64,000 bases of DNA from Chrysemys picta bellii (taxonomy: Eukaryota), in assembly GCF_011386835.1 (NCBI RefSeq), contig NC_088796.1, positions 84,320,001-84,384,000 on the forward strand. Reading direction: 5' to 3'. The notes beneath the pieces are model-generated. The model was not told the DNA's origin. It saw only the letters and a program-made list of their open reading frames with translations, and did no database searches. This document shows, in pieces, positions 48,591 through 63,700 of this stretch; the stretch's first letter is position 1; each line of letters begins with the position of its first letter. A program made the position numbers and the translations under genes.

Positions 48591-51327
48591 TTTGTTTGGG
48601 AAAAATTTAGTGTCAGGACAAAAAAACAAAAACAAAAAACAAAAAATCGATGTCATCTTTTCCTCATGGAATACAGTAAAAAAAGGTCAGCCATAAAAGC
48701 CTACAGTTCAGTTACTCTCCTTGCAGATGTAATAGAAAAGAAAAAGGTTGTCTTATGGACAGGTGGTAAAGCACCCTTCCAAAGGTTTTAATAGAAGCTC
48801 CATCAATTTAAGTGCTAAGTTTCAAGCCCACACAGACATCCTTGGGACACTGAATTTCTGTACTCAAGAGCACAATTCAGACCACTAGCTGAAAGGTTCC
48901 CAAACCTAGGGAAGACTGACTGTTCCTGGTATAATGTCTGGAAACACAGTGACAAGTACGAGAGGCTCCAACATCAAGCCCAGGAGATCAGAGTATCAGA
49001 ATTCATTAACTCAATCTGTAACTACGAAAAGCATCTACGCCTTGTCCCCTCATCGGTGAGACGGGGGTGGAGGTGGGAGGGGAGAGGAGTGCAGGAAGGG
49101 AAGACATAAAACGATGGCCGAAGTCCAATAAAAAGCCATTTGTCAGAGTTGGGATCCTTTCCTGTCCTTAAACAGAAAAAAGGACAAGGGACATTTTAAA
49201 TTACTTTTAGTAGAACACAGATTTATTGATTCATGACCCCATTTCTGAAACAGAGTTTGTACCACTGACTATTTAGGAACAGGTAGAATTACAGCCTCCA
49301 TCATCTGTGATTCATGCTGGGGGCACACAAGTTTTTTCCCCACTGCCAGATGGAGAAGCTGGGTTGGTCTGATAATTAGCATATCACTCCAAAGAGCCAT
49401 TAAGTCACAACATAGGCTGTAACCATGAGTATATCTTGGTTGTTCAGGTACAATGACACTGGTGTGATATTGTCTACTAATAACTGTACCACATAGTCCT
49501 ATATCTACATGAAGAGATAGTTAAGAACCCAATGAATGGCTTCCAGCTCTAATGTTTATGGAAAGCTTCACCCATCAAGGACTCCAGCAACCAAATGAAC
49601 AATCCATTATAAAGCCAAAGCATCCGTCACAATTCATTCACCTAGATAGAAGGGTAAAGGGGTCCACCCTTGAAAATTTTTTGTTGTTATTTTTTTAAAA
49701 GGAGTTTTCGTGTTTGTTTTCTATATTTGCAATTCAATATTTTCTACCTTGGAAGACAGTGAATACCTGGAGATCTACTATTAATATAACAGCACAATAT
49801 AACAGGACAAGAAACTCATTCATTTAAAGTGGGGGCATATGATTTTTATTCAGACTATTTAAAATACTGCTTTTTGTTTTTCCTCTGTCTTGTTTTTAAA
49901 GATTCAGCACTTCTCTCCTTCAGTTAATGGAAGAGAAATCTTCTAGTACCCATCTGATACTCCTTCCCCTCACCAAATCCACAGAGCAGCCAAGGGGGGA
50001 AATGGGGGGAAAAAAAAATCAAACTAATAGTTTCACTGCTGATCGTTTTAGCAGAAACGCTGAGCTAATGTGCTTAATAATCATAGCTGGATGTAGGGGT
50101 AGATATGCTACAGTGAAGTGAGGGAGACAACCTCTTTCCCTCCAAAGTTTATACAGTGTAACCTCTATTCCTGGCCAAGAGGGAGACAAGAGATACAGCC
50201 CCCCTTCTCTCTAGTACCAAAAGCTTCAACCGCCACCTGGATTAAAAAAAAAAAAAAATCCAAGACGCACAATCACCTCTCTACCTTCCTGGATTTCAAA
50301 AACCCATCTCTTAAAATCTACAGCCTCTCCTGGAATAACTCCTGTAACAAACATGGTCAATACGAAATCTGCAACATACGGAACACGAAGTTTGGGGGCA
50401 GTGTAAAGTGAAATTTAATCAAAAAGGGAATAATATTAAGACATGGCTAATTTTTAATGAACTAACATTCAAGTCTTTAAATATCTCTAAAAGAATTCTA
50501 TTCTATTCTTTTTATCATACCAACTTGCAAACAAACTGGTTATTCCTATCTACAGTTACAGGGCTGAAAATTAAATTTAGGGAAAAACCTTCACTATGTG
50601 TATATGTTAATTTCATCGTGTATCATAATGTTTGAATGGCACATGTGCACACACATCAGTTTCCCTTACCATCTTTGCTATAGCTCGACTGACTCAGAAA
50701 CACACATACCAAAAGTCTTTAAGAGTTATCACCCAAAATTCCCACGTCCTGATGTGATCATTTAAGAAAACAGTGTTTAATTTGATGACAATGATTCTAA
50801 TTTGTGCAAAATACTTTGAAAGAAATTCCAGATTCCTTTGTTACACTTGCTGTATGTCTGGTTTAGAAACACAGACTGTCAAGGACTACAAGTGTTTTCC
50901 TACATGCATTGTTTCATTTTAAAATGAACACTTATTTCCAACCCTCCCCCCCCAAACACACACAACATTTATTTAGTGTACATGAATTCATCTAGTTTCA
51001 CTTTAGCCCTTGTGATCTGTTATATTTAGTTAAAAGGTAACACAAAGGAACAAAAAAAGCCTAACTTTGCTTTCCCATCAAAATAGTGCTATGATTAAAG
51101 CAATATTTTTGAGGGAGAATACCTAAAGACATGGAAAAAGTGGATGGTGGTAGGATAAGCTAATAAAATTACCATTTTATCCTGGTTTCAAATGACCACC
51201 ATTTAAGAGTCATCCCTAATATTAAGATCATATGAATCTTCTGCAGTTCTTGCAGTTCGTCAGCTCTTTCATTTCAGTAAACAAACAAACCCAATGTTTA
51301 TGGAAAGTGAGCTGTCATTTTGGTTTA

Positions 51328-51645
<318 letters not shown>

Positions 51646-51802
51646 CTACATCTTCAATAGAAATCATAAAAAGGGCTTCATTCAAATTGTTTTCTTTACA
51701 AAATAGACAAAATAATTATATGAATTAACTGGTGGATATTTTTATTCTCTGGGTATATCCAGATTACAAAGATGTGGAATTCTAGCTATGGTTATTAAAT
51801 AA

Positions 51803-51977
51803 GGGCTTGTCTACATTGTCAGTTATTCTAGAATAGCTATTCCTGATTAAATTCCATGTGTGGACACACTTACTCTGGAACAAGAGCATCCACACATGGA
51901 GCTAATCAGGAAATTAATCCACTTTAAACTCACACCCCTACTGTAGTCCAGATTAATTTTTATGTGTAGACAAGCCC
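51803..51977. mobile_element. PIF/Harbinger-type MITE (175 bp)
   Basis: TIR GGGCTTGTCTACA / TGTAGACAAGCCC. TAA TSD at 51800-51802 and 51978-51980. Confidence 0.88.
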
Positions 51978-52592
51978 TAATTTACACTACAAAAAAGTAC
52001 AATTAGAAACACTAAGGAAAACCGATTGTGGGTTACAGAGCAGATACCACAACATTTTTGTTTCTATTAAAAAAAAAATTTTAGCAAAAGGGGTGAGGGC
52101 TGATCATAAAATAGCCTCTAAAGTTTTCTACTGTCACTGAATTTTTTTCTTCTTGAAACACTGCTAACTCCTTGCAGCCAATAAAAAAAGATGATCTAGT
52201 TTGAGAGTCAGTGACACTTGGCGTGAATTCTGAACTTTAATAAGTGTTTCAGACATCCTACAGGTTTTAAAAATTTCAGACTGAGCTATTGAAAACAAAC
52301 ACATTAATTCAATTATTTCATTTTTAAAGAAATTTCACTTTATTTTTATTACTTCTCAGGAAAGGCATATGAGAAACACTTCATACAGGACCACAGAATA
52401 TGTAGTACAGCAAAGAAAATTTTCATGAAATTGAACTGTAAAATGTGAACTCTCACTCAGCATCAACAATTTAACATGTAACAGAAATATTAGTCTAAGC
52501 ATTACATAAGCTTTTTAGAGCGAAATCTTGGCTGTGAATAAGGTTGATCAATATTATATCATATATAAGTGTGCCAATTAGATGACAATTTA

Positions 52593-53132
<540 letters not shown>

Positions 53133-53537
53133 TTATTTTAATATACAAGTATTCCTTATTTTTTTATTTAATGTCGGACAAATTCTAATGCAGCTTGTAT
53201 TATAGTGCACTTCTTTTTGAATAGGCCAAATTACTGTACTAATTGCCTTAAATTATTTAGGAAACACATTACTACAATGCTGAAAAGAAAAACTACGGTC
53301 CTGTGATCAGTTGCTATGCTGCCAAATAATTTGAAACTAACCGAGCTGGTCAAATTTTTGCCCTAACAGATTTTCAGCAAAAATGCAGTTTTATCAAAAA
53401 AGTGTTTTGTAGGAACTTATCAATTTTAACAAAAATTGACAGAAAAAGATCCGAAAGCTGCATTTCAATAGTGTTGGCTGAAATCTTTTAGTGTCTACTT
53501 TAATATTAAAATATTATATTCTACATTACACATCTGG

Positions 53538-53630
53538 GATGGTTTAGGTATACTTGATCTGCCTCAGCATGGGGAGCAGATTTGGGTGACCTTTCGAGGT
53601 CTCTTCCAGCCCTACATTTCCATGATCCTA
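53538..53630 (+). mobile_element. CR1 LINE extreme 3' end
   Basis: GGGATGGTTTAGG...CTGCCTCAGCATGGGG...GACCTTTCGAGGTCTCTTCCAGCCCTACATTTCCATGATCCT. Confidence 0.7.
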
Positions 53631-54864
53631 CATATAAAATATAATATAAAAAAGTTTAAACATTTCCTGAAGCAAAACTGTGCTGAACTGAAATTTTTCA
53701 GAACTTTCAATTTGTGGGAAATTTTGAACTTTCAAGATTTTTGCTCGGATTTGGAATGAAATTTTTTGAAACGTCAGAATTCCTTGCCAATTGAACCTCC
53801 TGAAAGCACAACTCACCTGTTTTAAAAGCTCAATTCAGACATCAAAAGGAAAGTTTAATTAGAGCCATGCCTATATCTCCTATTAACAAGGCATCAATAT
53901 TTGTCAGATGCTTAACTAATCTGAGGCCAATATGAAGGATGCCTCTCACACCCACAAGCAGGATAAACAGTAGCCATTAGCATTTGTTGGTCAACAATTT
54001 GTAGTAGTGTTTATGTATTTTCTCTGTTCTCCATGCTTATGCTGGAGTTCAAGTAACTTTTCAAACTATCAGTAAGTGCAGCATCGCCTGAGAAGTGCTC
54101 ATCAAACATAGGCATAGCATGCCAACAAGAAAAGTACTCTTTTGATGGTCCTTTTCAGTACAACGCCACTAGGGTCAGATGCAAGGAAGGAGCAGGATGG
54201 AAGATTCTCCTTAGAGTGAGCAGTGAGGACTAGCAATCCACTTCTGCTCCTCTCTCTCTTCAGTGGTTTATTCTTTCTTTATGGAACCGGCCACCAAAAA
54301 CAAATAATTGCCAGCACAAACCACTTGCCAATGGTTAATAATGCCAAGTCTTCATCAGTTATGGTTGTGAGAGATCTTACTTTTGCTATCTGACAAAGTA
54401 GCAAACTGTAACTAGCAGTATTTAACATTCAAAAGTCTTATCTTTGTAATTCATTAAAACAAGTGACAATTTATAGCATCTATGTAGGAACTATATGGTT
54501 ACCAGTATATTGTAGCCATTTTCAAGAGATAGAAATATATGTATTAAATTATTTCATATATTATTTTAGCTTGCAATAATCTGCACCATTAATACACTAT
54601 TCACATGGCTATCAGATTAAGATAAATCATTGTTTTTTCTTATGATAAACTTTAGATAATTTTAATACAGTTTTACAATAAATACTGTTTGCTGCAACCT
54701 TGTCAACTTCATTTAACCTGGTACAAATATTTACACAGCATTAATTACTTTAATTATTAGAAACTGAATGTAACAAAAAGCAACCTATACCATTCTCCGA
54801 AAAAAGTTGGCAACAGTGTAAAGCATTCTCAGCAGTAGCGAGCAGCCTCTCAGATCAGTTACTT

Positions 54865-57385
54865 ACCTTACTTACGTAACTGAAGCTCAAGCTGCATAGT
54901 TTCCTAAGGGTATTCTTGCCCCAGGCACCTGAGACTGGAAGATTTTTCAGTTGCAAGGTCCATTGATCTGTGCCTGCATCCTACACCACCTTGTGCTCTG
55001 AATCAAGGACATTAAGGGGTGGCACAGTCTGACCACCTCTCCAGTTCCTAACTCTACCCTGAATCAAGAGAGGATGTGAAAAGAGAGGAAGGAGGGTGGG
55101 TTGTGCAATACCCATAGGGACCACACATCTCAGAGAAGTCCAGTTACTGCAAGATAAGTAACCTTACTTTCTTCTTCGAGTGCTGTTCCCTATGGGTATT
55201 CACTGTAGTTGACTCCCACGCAGCACTCATTGGAGGAGGAGGGTGCAAGCAAAAATGCTGTGCCATAGATCGCAGGACAAAAGTAGGCATTTGATGGTGA
55301 AGCTTGAGCAAGGGCTTGATGTCCAATAAAAATGTGACTCGAGCCCCAAGGTGCCAGTCTAAAGATTTTTGAGGTGAATTCTTTGCAGGGAAGGCACTGA
55401 GGTAGCTTGTGCTCCAGTTGGGTGAGCCCTGACACTCTGTAGCAAAGGGTCATTCATAATCACGTAGCCAAGGAGGATGCAGTACAAAGTCCATTTACAG
55501 AGTCTTTGCAAAGGGACTGCTTCTCCTTTAATTCTCTCAGTGATGGAAACCCATAGTCTCAGCAACTTCCTAAAGGACTTTGTCCTTTACAAGTAGATGA
55601 GAACTCTGCAGACATACCTGTTACTGTGGGGTTTGGAGAAGAAAATAGGCAATTTTGATTCAAGTGAAATTCAGAGGGAACCTTTGGATGAACCTGAGAT
55701 GGAATCTCAAGGGGACTCTCTCTGTGAAACAGTATAGGGAAGGGTCTGTTCGAATGGTGGGCTGAGAGAATCAGGTTCAGGTTCTAGAGAGATGTAGGTT
55801 TTCATAATTTGGGGGGGGGGGAGGGGAAGAGAGATTCTGATAATACCCTTTAAGAATCTCACACCTGTAGGATGGGTGAAAACCGAGCAGCTCACCATCA
55901 GAGGATTGAAGAAGTTAATAGCTGATAAATATACTCACAAGGAATGAATAGATAGACCAGATGTCTTTAAGGACATATCTTCTCCAGACTAAACAAACCC
56001 AATTTTTTTTTAAATCTTCCCTCAGAGGTCATGTTTTCTAGACCTTTAATAATTTTTGTTGCTCTTCTCTGGACTTTCTCCGATTTGTCCACATCTTTTC
56101 TGCAATGTGGCACCCAGAACTGGACACAACACTCCAGTTGAGGCCTGATCAGCATGGTGTAGAGCGGAAGAATTACTTCTCTTGTCTTGCTTATAACACT
56201 CCTGCTAATACACCCCAGAATGATGTTTTCTTTTTTTTTTTGCAACGATGTTACATTGCTAGCATATATTTAGCTTGTGATCCACTATGACCCCCAAATC
56301 TCTTTCTGCAGTACTCCTTCCTAGGCAGTCATTTCCCATTTTGTATGTGTGCAACTGATTGTTCCTTCCTAAGCGGAGTACTTAGCATTTGTCCTTATTG
56401 AATTTCATCCTATTTACTTCAGACCATTTGTCCAGAACATTTTAAATTTTTAATCCTATCCTCCAAAGTAGCTGCAAGATAACAGCTTGGTATTGTCCAT
56501 AAACTTTGTAAGTGTACTCTCTATGCCATTGTCTAATCACTGATGATTGTAGAGTGTTTCGTGCTGTTAAGGATGGTTTGGACCTCTTCCCACACGATCT
56601 CTCTAATCTCTTTGTCTATCCAAAAACCATACTGCCAGATGGAGGGACCCTGCCTTGCAATGGTTGTTCTGGTCTCTGTTCTGAGGCCGTAGGTTCGGGA
56701 ACGGTTGTAAGCATATGCATGGGTAAGAGGTGCAGGGGGTCAGTCCGACATTTCAGCATGCTCTTTGCTTTTGGTATGGTCAGTGCAGATACATGCTCCC
56801 ATGAGCTCTAGACACACCCCTACCTGGGTGTGGAGTCTGACTAGATGGGAGAGTAGGGGAGAAGCAGTCGTTTTCTTCAAGAACTTACGAGGCTATTTAT
56901 CCTGCTTCTTATGGGGACATTTACCCATACCCTCCTCATGTCTCTGTTTAGAGAAGTCCTCAAATTTGATCAAGGATCCTGAGATAGGGAGTGCCAGTGC
57001 TGGAGGGGCACTACTTGGTAGCTCCAGTCGATGTGCTGGGAAGCTCAACATCCAGGATCAGATTGGGGCCCCATGGAGAGCTCAGTTAAATATCTGGAAA
57101 GCTAGAACTCACAAAACTGTCTAGTTCATGGGGGAAAGAATGGCAGTTCTCACACTTAGAAGGAATGTGTAATTCCTTGAGATAGTACAGGCAGCTCTTG
57201 TGAGGATCACTAACGAGGAAGACCCGGAAGGCAGGCAATTCATACCACCCCTTACACACTTGGTTTAGAGCATGAGGTGGTGTAGAGCGCAGGCATGGAC
57301 TGCTACTGAAAAATCTTCCTGTCTGAGGTGAGTGGAGCACATGCTCACCCAAAGTGAGTATCAACAGGGACCTGCACTCAGAACA
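54865..57385 (-). mobile_element. Second DIRS retrotransposon, internally deleted, interrupted by CR1
   Basis: YR remnants at 55359-55565 (VRAHPTGAQA) and 55707-55898 (SVFTHP...RFLKG). MT/YR junction at ~56560-56700 (LHLAVWFL). ORF1 zinc-knuckle near 57150-57260 (VSDPHKSCLYYL). Inverted motifs at ~55172-55205 and ~57352-57382. Confidence 0.8.
55975..56548 (-). mobile_element. CR1 LINE ORF2 C-terminal fragment nested in DIRS
   Basis: [62 protein letters not shown]...LGLFSLEK is a hallmark CR1 peptide. Confidence 0.9.
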
Positions 57386-57884
57386 AAGAGTGCTTGGCAG
57401 AGATCCAAGACATGACGGATAGTAGTGAGATCTGGAAAAACTGTTCACAGAATGCTTCCATCATTCTATAAGGTTGCTGAAGTACAAAATGTACTATTCC
57501 ATCAGATATAATTAGAACTATACATTCACTGGGACCTGCAATTCCTCTAAATTTCTCTCAACTCCAGCCTTGCATTCTCCATGAAGAAATTCTTGGTGGG
57601 CAATTCAACAGTATTTTCTTTATGTTCAGATTTCATTTCTGTCACAATTATATGCAGTCTTTAGCAGTATTTTCTAGAAAGGCTTTGAGTGGCCACCCTG
57701 GCATCACAGGTTACTATAACACATACATTACTGAAACCTTTTCCCAATTAAATACAGCAGAAACATGAAGTTCAGTATTTTGTTTTTATAAGCAACTTTT
57801 GTTAAGTACATTTTCAAAACATGTGTGTTTAAGAGATATAACAGGTCTCTGCTAATTTCTCTTGTTAACTTTTCTTACTAAATA

Positions 57885-58084
57885 CACCTCTACCTCGATA
57901 TAACGCTGTCCTCGGAAGCCAAAAAAATCTTACCACATTATAGGTGAAACTGCGTTATATCAAACTTGCTTTGATCCACCGGAGTGAGCAGCCTCGCCCC
58001 CCCCCCCCCTTACCGGAGCACTGCTTTACCACCTTATATCTGAATTCGTGTTATATCAGGTCCCGTTATATCGGGGTAGAGGTG
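57885..58084. mobile_element. Tc1/mariner (Tigger-like) MITE (200 bp)
   Basis: TIR CACCTCTACCTCGATATAAC / GTTATATCGGGGTAGAGGTG. TA TSD at 57883-57884 and 58085-58086. Confidence 0.9.
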
Positions 58085-60590
58085 TATATCCACTACAATG
58101 TCAGCAATATTTCATTAGGAAGGAATCAGTGATGTGAAATTTGTTCCTGCACAATGAAAATAATCTGATTTTTTGTGCAATAAGTTTACTTCAACATAGA
58201 GTCCCACGCTAAGACATCTTTTGATTAACTGTTTGGTGAATAAGCCTAATTCTTTCTGAATGCTAACTGAAAAAAATCTATTAGGACAAGTGTTCAAAGA
58301 GACACTACCAAGTTTAGATAATTTTAAACAAGTTTTTGAACGTTACCAATACCTTAGAATTAAATTTGAATTTTTAAAAATATCTATCCCCCCCACATCA
58401 TTTATACTTTACATTTCACTCATTTTAGACTTAGTAAACCACTCTATTTCAATTTTGTTTATAGTCAGTTTCACTTTCTGGTTATAATGCATATAATGCT
58501 TCAATATTGGGACTGCAAATAATTCAGGGGGATATTTAAATAAAAACCACTCGTCGTTTTCAGTGAAATAAAGTTCCACAATCACTTTAACTTAAATTTT
58601 GGGCCTGAACTACCTTTAAAATAACTAACAAGCTTCTACCTCATAGCTACTTTTAAACACACCACTGCCTAAAGAAAGCATCATGAATGCAAACTTATAA
58701 AGTAAAAGCGAACCAGTATCTCTTCCAAAAGATACTGAATTTAAGAATAACTATTTCCAAAGTGTTTTACAGTTGAAGAGACGCCAAATAGTTTTTTTAT
58801 TGTACTGAGATTTACAATTGCAAATTAAGATCATACATGAGGAAAATATTAAAGTCAATGAACAGCTGTAATAACTTAATTCTAGTTTAGCGCTACTTTT
58901 TAAAAAAAATGAATGGTTTTACAGCACAATTAAAGTTGTTTGGGTGCCCTAAATGTGCCTTTCCAACCTTAACATATTTGGATTTTTTAAACTTAATCTT
59001 AACTCTCTATTTCCTGGTCTTATGCTGCTTGTTTCTGGGATAATTACAAAATCCTTGTAATATATTTTACCCTAAGTTAGTGATATGTATTTTTAACCTT
59101 AACTTCATTTTAGCAGTTTGTCTCAGAATAGAGCCCAGAAATCTTAGTTTCTCCAACATGCTGCTATCCATCAGATAATCATGTAACTTACTGGCAAAGT
59201 GTATCATGACCATCTACCAACCAGAAGAAACAGAGCATTACAGATGAAAAACCAGCTGTCTTTAGTAGAAGCATGCCATCCTGTTGAAACAGTAGCCTTC
59301 TTTATTCAGGGCATGGATAGCTTCAATCCCATTGGAAACCTTCAGTCTCATTGTAAATTATGGAAAACTATGGCCATTGTGAGTGAAGACATTCCCTCCC
59401 TCCACCTTCTCCATTATATTCACAATCATTAATACTGTAAATGTACTTACTTGGAACCTAGCTTGAAATGAGTTATCTATTTCGAAGGTGCAAAAGGTAA
59501 TAAAAATGAGCCATTTATTATCAAAAGCAATCTGAAAAAAATGAGATTTCTTAAAGGTTCAATTTTAAACTAAATTTTAACTCTAAGTACGCAATTTAGT
59601 TGAAAACCCCTGCAAGTTAAATCTTTATCCACTGGTTATCTGCTACAAATCTGTGGATGATGCTCTGTATTCTTTGTATATAATAAAGATGTTTACTCTT
59701 TCTTCAGCTCAAAACAAGTCCAACTTTACCAAAGGCGCTACCATCCCCCATTAGTATTGCAGAGAATAGGTTGTCCTCTTATTTAGAGATCTTCCTTGAA
59801 ATATGACAGAGCCGGTACTTTGAGTTACCAAAGTGAAAGGTGAGAAGCACCACTATGATTGCACTACTGCTACTGCTATTCTTGCATTTCCTGTTTCCAG
59901 TTGTACTATAATGATGCAGAGGAACCTGTTGCAAGACACAATAATGGTGTAAATACCTGTGCCCTGTGGCAAAAAGTTCTGTGCAACACTAGTTGAGTTA
60001 CAGGCATTCCAGAGGCTTACAACACTGGTTGCAATGCCTAATGCTGTAATGTAGTAAGCTGTCAGGCAGCCAAGTCCCAAACAATTAAGGGCTTTGTAGA
60101 GGGCACTATATTAGTACAACCTGGTAGGTGACAAAAGGATAACTGGGGTGGTTTGCCCTGGAGTGGAAAGATCAAGTCCTAGCTAAGCACAGATAAAGTG
60201 CACTTTTGGCTACTGCTGCTACTTGATCACCTCACCATACCCTAATAAGACCTAATAAGATTCCTAGATTTTGCAGCTTGCTAAAAAAAGTCAGAAAGAG
60301 GCCCCCCAGTCTAGGGATTTGTCCACATAAACCTTGCTAATCCTTTCTTGATGTTTTCCCAGCCAATCATCTCCATCTCGTGAGGCTTAAGCAGCCATTA
60401 ACTGACATCATCCAGTCCCTAGTCTTAGTTAGGCACCAGGAAAGTAAAAGGGGAAGTTAGAGATGTGGTATTTACATGTGTTCCATTTTGAGTGCATATG
60501 CCTGATGTGCTGGAGAACAGAATGCTTTAGTCAGCAGTGACTGCTGATTGCACCTGCTCCCTTGATTACTTTAAGCCCTTCCCCCTTAAG

Positions 60591-60713
60591 CAGGGTTGTC
60601 AATGTTGGTTGGACATATTCCTGGAGATTTCATCACATGACATAATCTTTAATTACAGATTAATCTTTAATTCCTGGAGACTCTAGAGCAATCCTGGAGG
60701 GTTGGCAACCCTA
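60591..60713. mobile_element. Small hAT-Tip100-like MITE
   Basis: Termini CAGGGTTGTCAA / TTGGCAACCCTA. The TSD is only weakly matched. Confidence 0.6.
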
Positions 60714-60759
60714 TCCTCAATGCTATACGGGTTGGTGGAGTGACCAACCGAGTCTCAGT

Positions 60760-63700
60760 TCCTGCATCACGATCAAGAGTGGACTATTAGACTTGTTAGT
60801 ATCATGGAAAGTAGGGTGGGCTGTGAACACATGGAAATACCACTGTGAGTTTCCTTAGACTGCAATGCAGCCTTTCCAAACTGGGCATCTGAATTAAGAA
60901 GTAATGGCTAGTGAAAGTATTACTCCAAGCAGCAGCCCTACAGAAAATCAGCTACGGGTATTTCCTTGAGATGCTGCAGAAGTTACCTGAGGTCTGCTAG
61001 AATATAACCTAATATGACCTGGAAGTCCTAAATTGGCCACCTCATAACATACCTTTATGAAGTGTGGCACCCATTTAGATATTCTCTGAGTTGAGGCTGC
61101 TTGACCCTTGGATTTCTCAGCAATAAATATAAATAGCATAGGGGGCTGCCTGAATGGTTTGTTCTAGTCAAATAAAATGACTTAAATATTAAGTCTTTAT
61201 ATGTCACAAGACTTTTATATGTTAACCAGATTCTCTTTTATGCTGGGTAACTATAAATGTAGTGCCCTCTACCTATTAAAATGTCTCTGACCTTCAGTTG
61301 AACCTTAGATGATAAAGGAAATATATATTCAATAATGGAATGTGTAATTTTACCCTTATCTTGCTAACATAGCCCATATGTCAAGGAAGGAACCCTTGGA
61401 AACTAATAAGGATTTCTATTATTATAGAAGTGTGTTATAATAAACCAGCCTGATTAATTGATATGGGGTTCTTATAATCCAATTATGTTCTGTGAGAAGA
61501 GTTATTTGTTATCACTGATGTTTTCTGTGATTTATCAAATGACCCAGTGGAAAGAGGTTTTCAACTCATTAGGCTTGTTTCAACAGGTATTCTTAATAAT
61601 AATTGGAATAGAAATCCCTTTAGTTTATCAATCATGTAAGTAATTAGGTAAATTTGGGGGAAACTAAAGTATTATAAAGGAAAGTTTTGGGTGTTAGTTT
61701 GGGAGTGAATAAACTGCCATCATTCTGCCAGTTACAAAAGGGAAACAAGCTGCTCTGTCTTCACCATTTGCAGGAGGTGGTAAAGCATACTTTCTTTTTT
61801 GTATTCTGTATACTGCTGTATTCATCTTTGACTAATGACCTCTGATTAAATAATTCCAATTGAGCTGGTTATTTGACATCTCAAATCATTAATAAAAATT
61901 CAAATATGCAAAGCTCAGAGGACATCAAGAGTATGTAATGCAGCCTCACAATTGAATTAATGAGGCTTTGGAAAAAACAGGTTAGTGAATGGACGGATTT
62001 AAATTAAAATCAGAGATAAATTTCTTCCTAAAGTAAGGGCATGGCCAGAGTGTAACTTTCAACGTGAAAAATGCAATGATTGCTTGCAATTCTCAGACCC
62101 TGGGTGCGGACAGAATTGCAATGAGGAATGTAGTCTTCATAGACAAATGAAGTAAAGAGCATTAGTCTAATGGCTACAATGGAGGTTCCATCAGGCTGGT
62201 AAGCCTCACATTATGATTCCAAGATGGAGGGGGTTGTCTTATTGAAGGAAAAACTCTAAAAAGTCCTTTTACAACCTTTAACAGGTATGAGAAAAAAATT
62301 GGATAGTCCTGAATTGGGAGAGGATGTGCTGAGATAGCCGCCAAACAAACAAATAATGAGCTTAGCAACAAACCAGAGGTTTATAAGGATAATAGATATT
62401 GAAGGATGAGAGATTGATGTCTTTTACGGAGAAACATTATGCTGATAAGCCTAGGATGAAAAATGCTTCAAGTTTGGAGTATAATTTGTCCTTGGGGATT
62501 GCTTTCTGCCCTGAATCCATATGTTGTCTATATCACCAGAACAAGTCTTCTCCAAGTCTGTTAACCAGACAGTTTCCATGCCATGAGGTGTAGCGACAAC
62601 ATATCTGGATAAATGTTTTCCCTGTTATGAGTAATTAAGTCTAGTAGAAGTGGTAAGAGATATTGGCAATACCGAGAATTTCTGATTTCTGTGAAACAGT
62701 CTTGCATGGGCCAATCCAGAACTACTAGATGACTGAGGCCTTCTGAATTCCTTAACACATATGGGATCAGAGGAATTGGGAGATAAGTGTATAATAGGCC
62801 TTGAGACCAAGGGATTATGAAGGTATCTCTTTGAGAACTCAGACTCTCGTCCCTTCCTGGAATAAAATGCTTTGCATTTCTTTTTCCGTTCAGTGGCAAA
62901 CAGATCTGATTGAAAATGGACATGATGTCTGAATTCTTTCTGAACCATTCATGATTCTGAGAAAAATGTCTACTTGGATGCTCTACCAGCATGTTATGTA
63001 GGTCTGGAAGATGCACTGCAGTTAGTCTTATGTTGTGTCAGATACACCAGTTCCATAGAAGGACTGCTTCCCTGCACAAGAGCATTGGTTTGGTTCCTCA
63101 CTGTTTACATAAAACATCATGGTGGTATTGTCAATTCTTACCTGTACACTCATCTTTGATATGAGGTAGAAAGGCGATGTAGGCAAGCTTTATTGCTCTT
63201 AGCTCAAGGATGTTGGTATGAAGGCACGTCTCTCTAAGACCATTAATCCTGTACTGTAAAAGTTGTTGAGATGGGTTCCCCAACCCAAGACAGAAGAATC
63301 AGCCACTACTGACTTGTGTGAAGTGCTGGGAAGAACGGAACTCCCCTGCAGAACTGATGTAGATCTTTCCGTGATCTGAGGGAGTTCACAACTCCTGAAG
63401 AGATGTGTACCCCATATCTATTTTGTGAACAGCATGGAAATGAACGATCCATAAATAGTCTTGAAGCCTATGAGAAGCCATGGGATCTAAAAGCTGGAGA
63501 CGTATCCTTCTTGTAGTACATGGATTTTTATGAAGTTGATTGATCAACTCTATCACATTCTTGAATCTGGTTGTGGCATGTATTCTATGGAGGTTTGAGC
63601 ACTGAGTAGAAGCCCAATGAATTCTATCTTCTGTACTAGGATTAAATGAGACTTTTTCAGATTCATTCTCAGTCCCAGTTTGGACAGCAGATGTATGGAG

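Noticed and set aside
59853-60080. 75-aa hydrophobic ORF in a SPIN1 intron
   Set aside because: No recognisable homology or convincing splice signals; length is within chance expectation.
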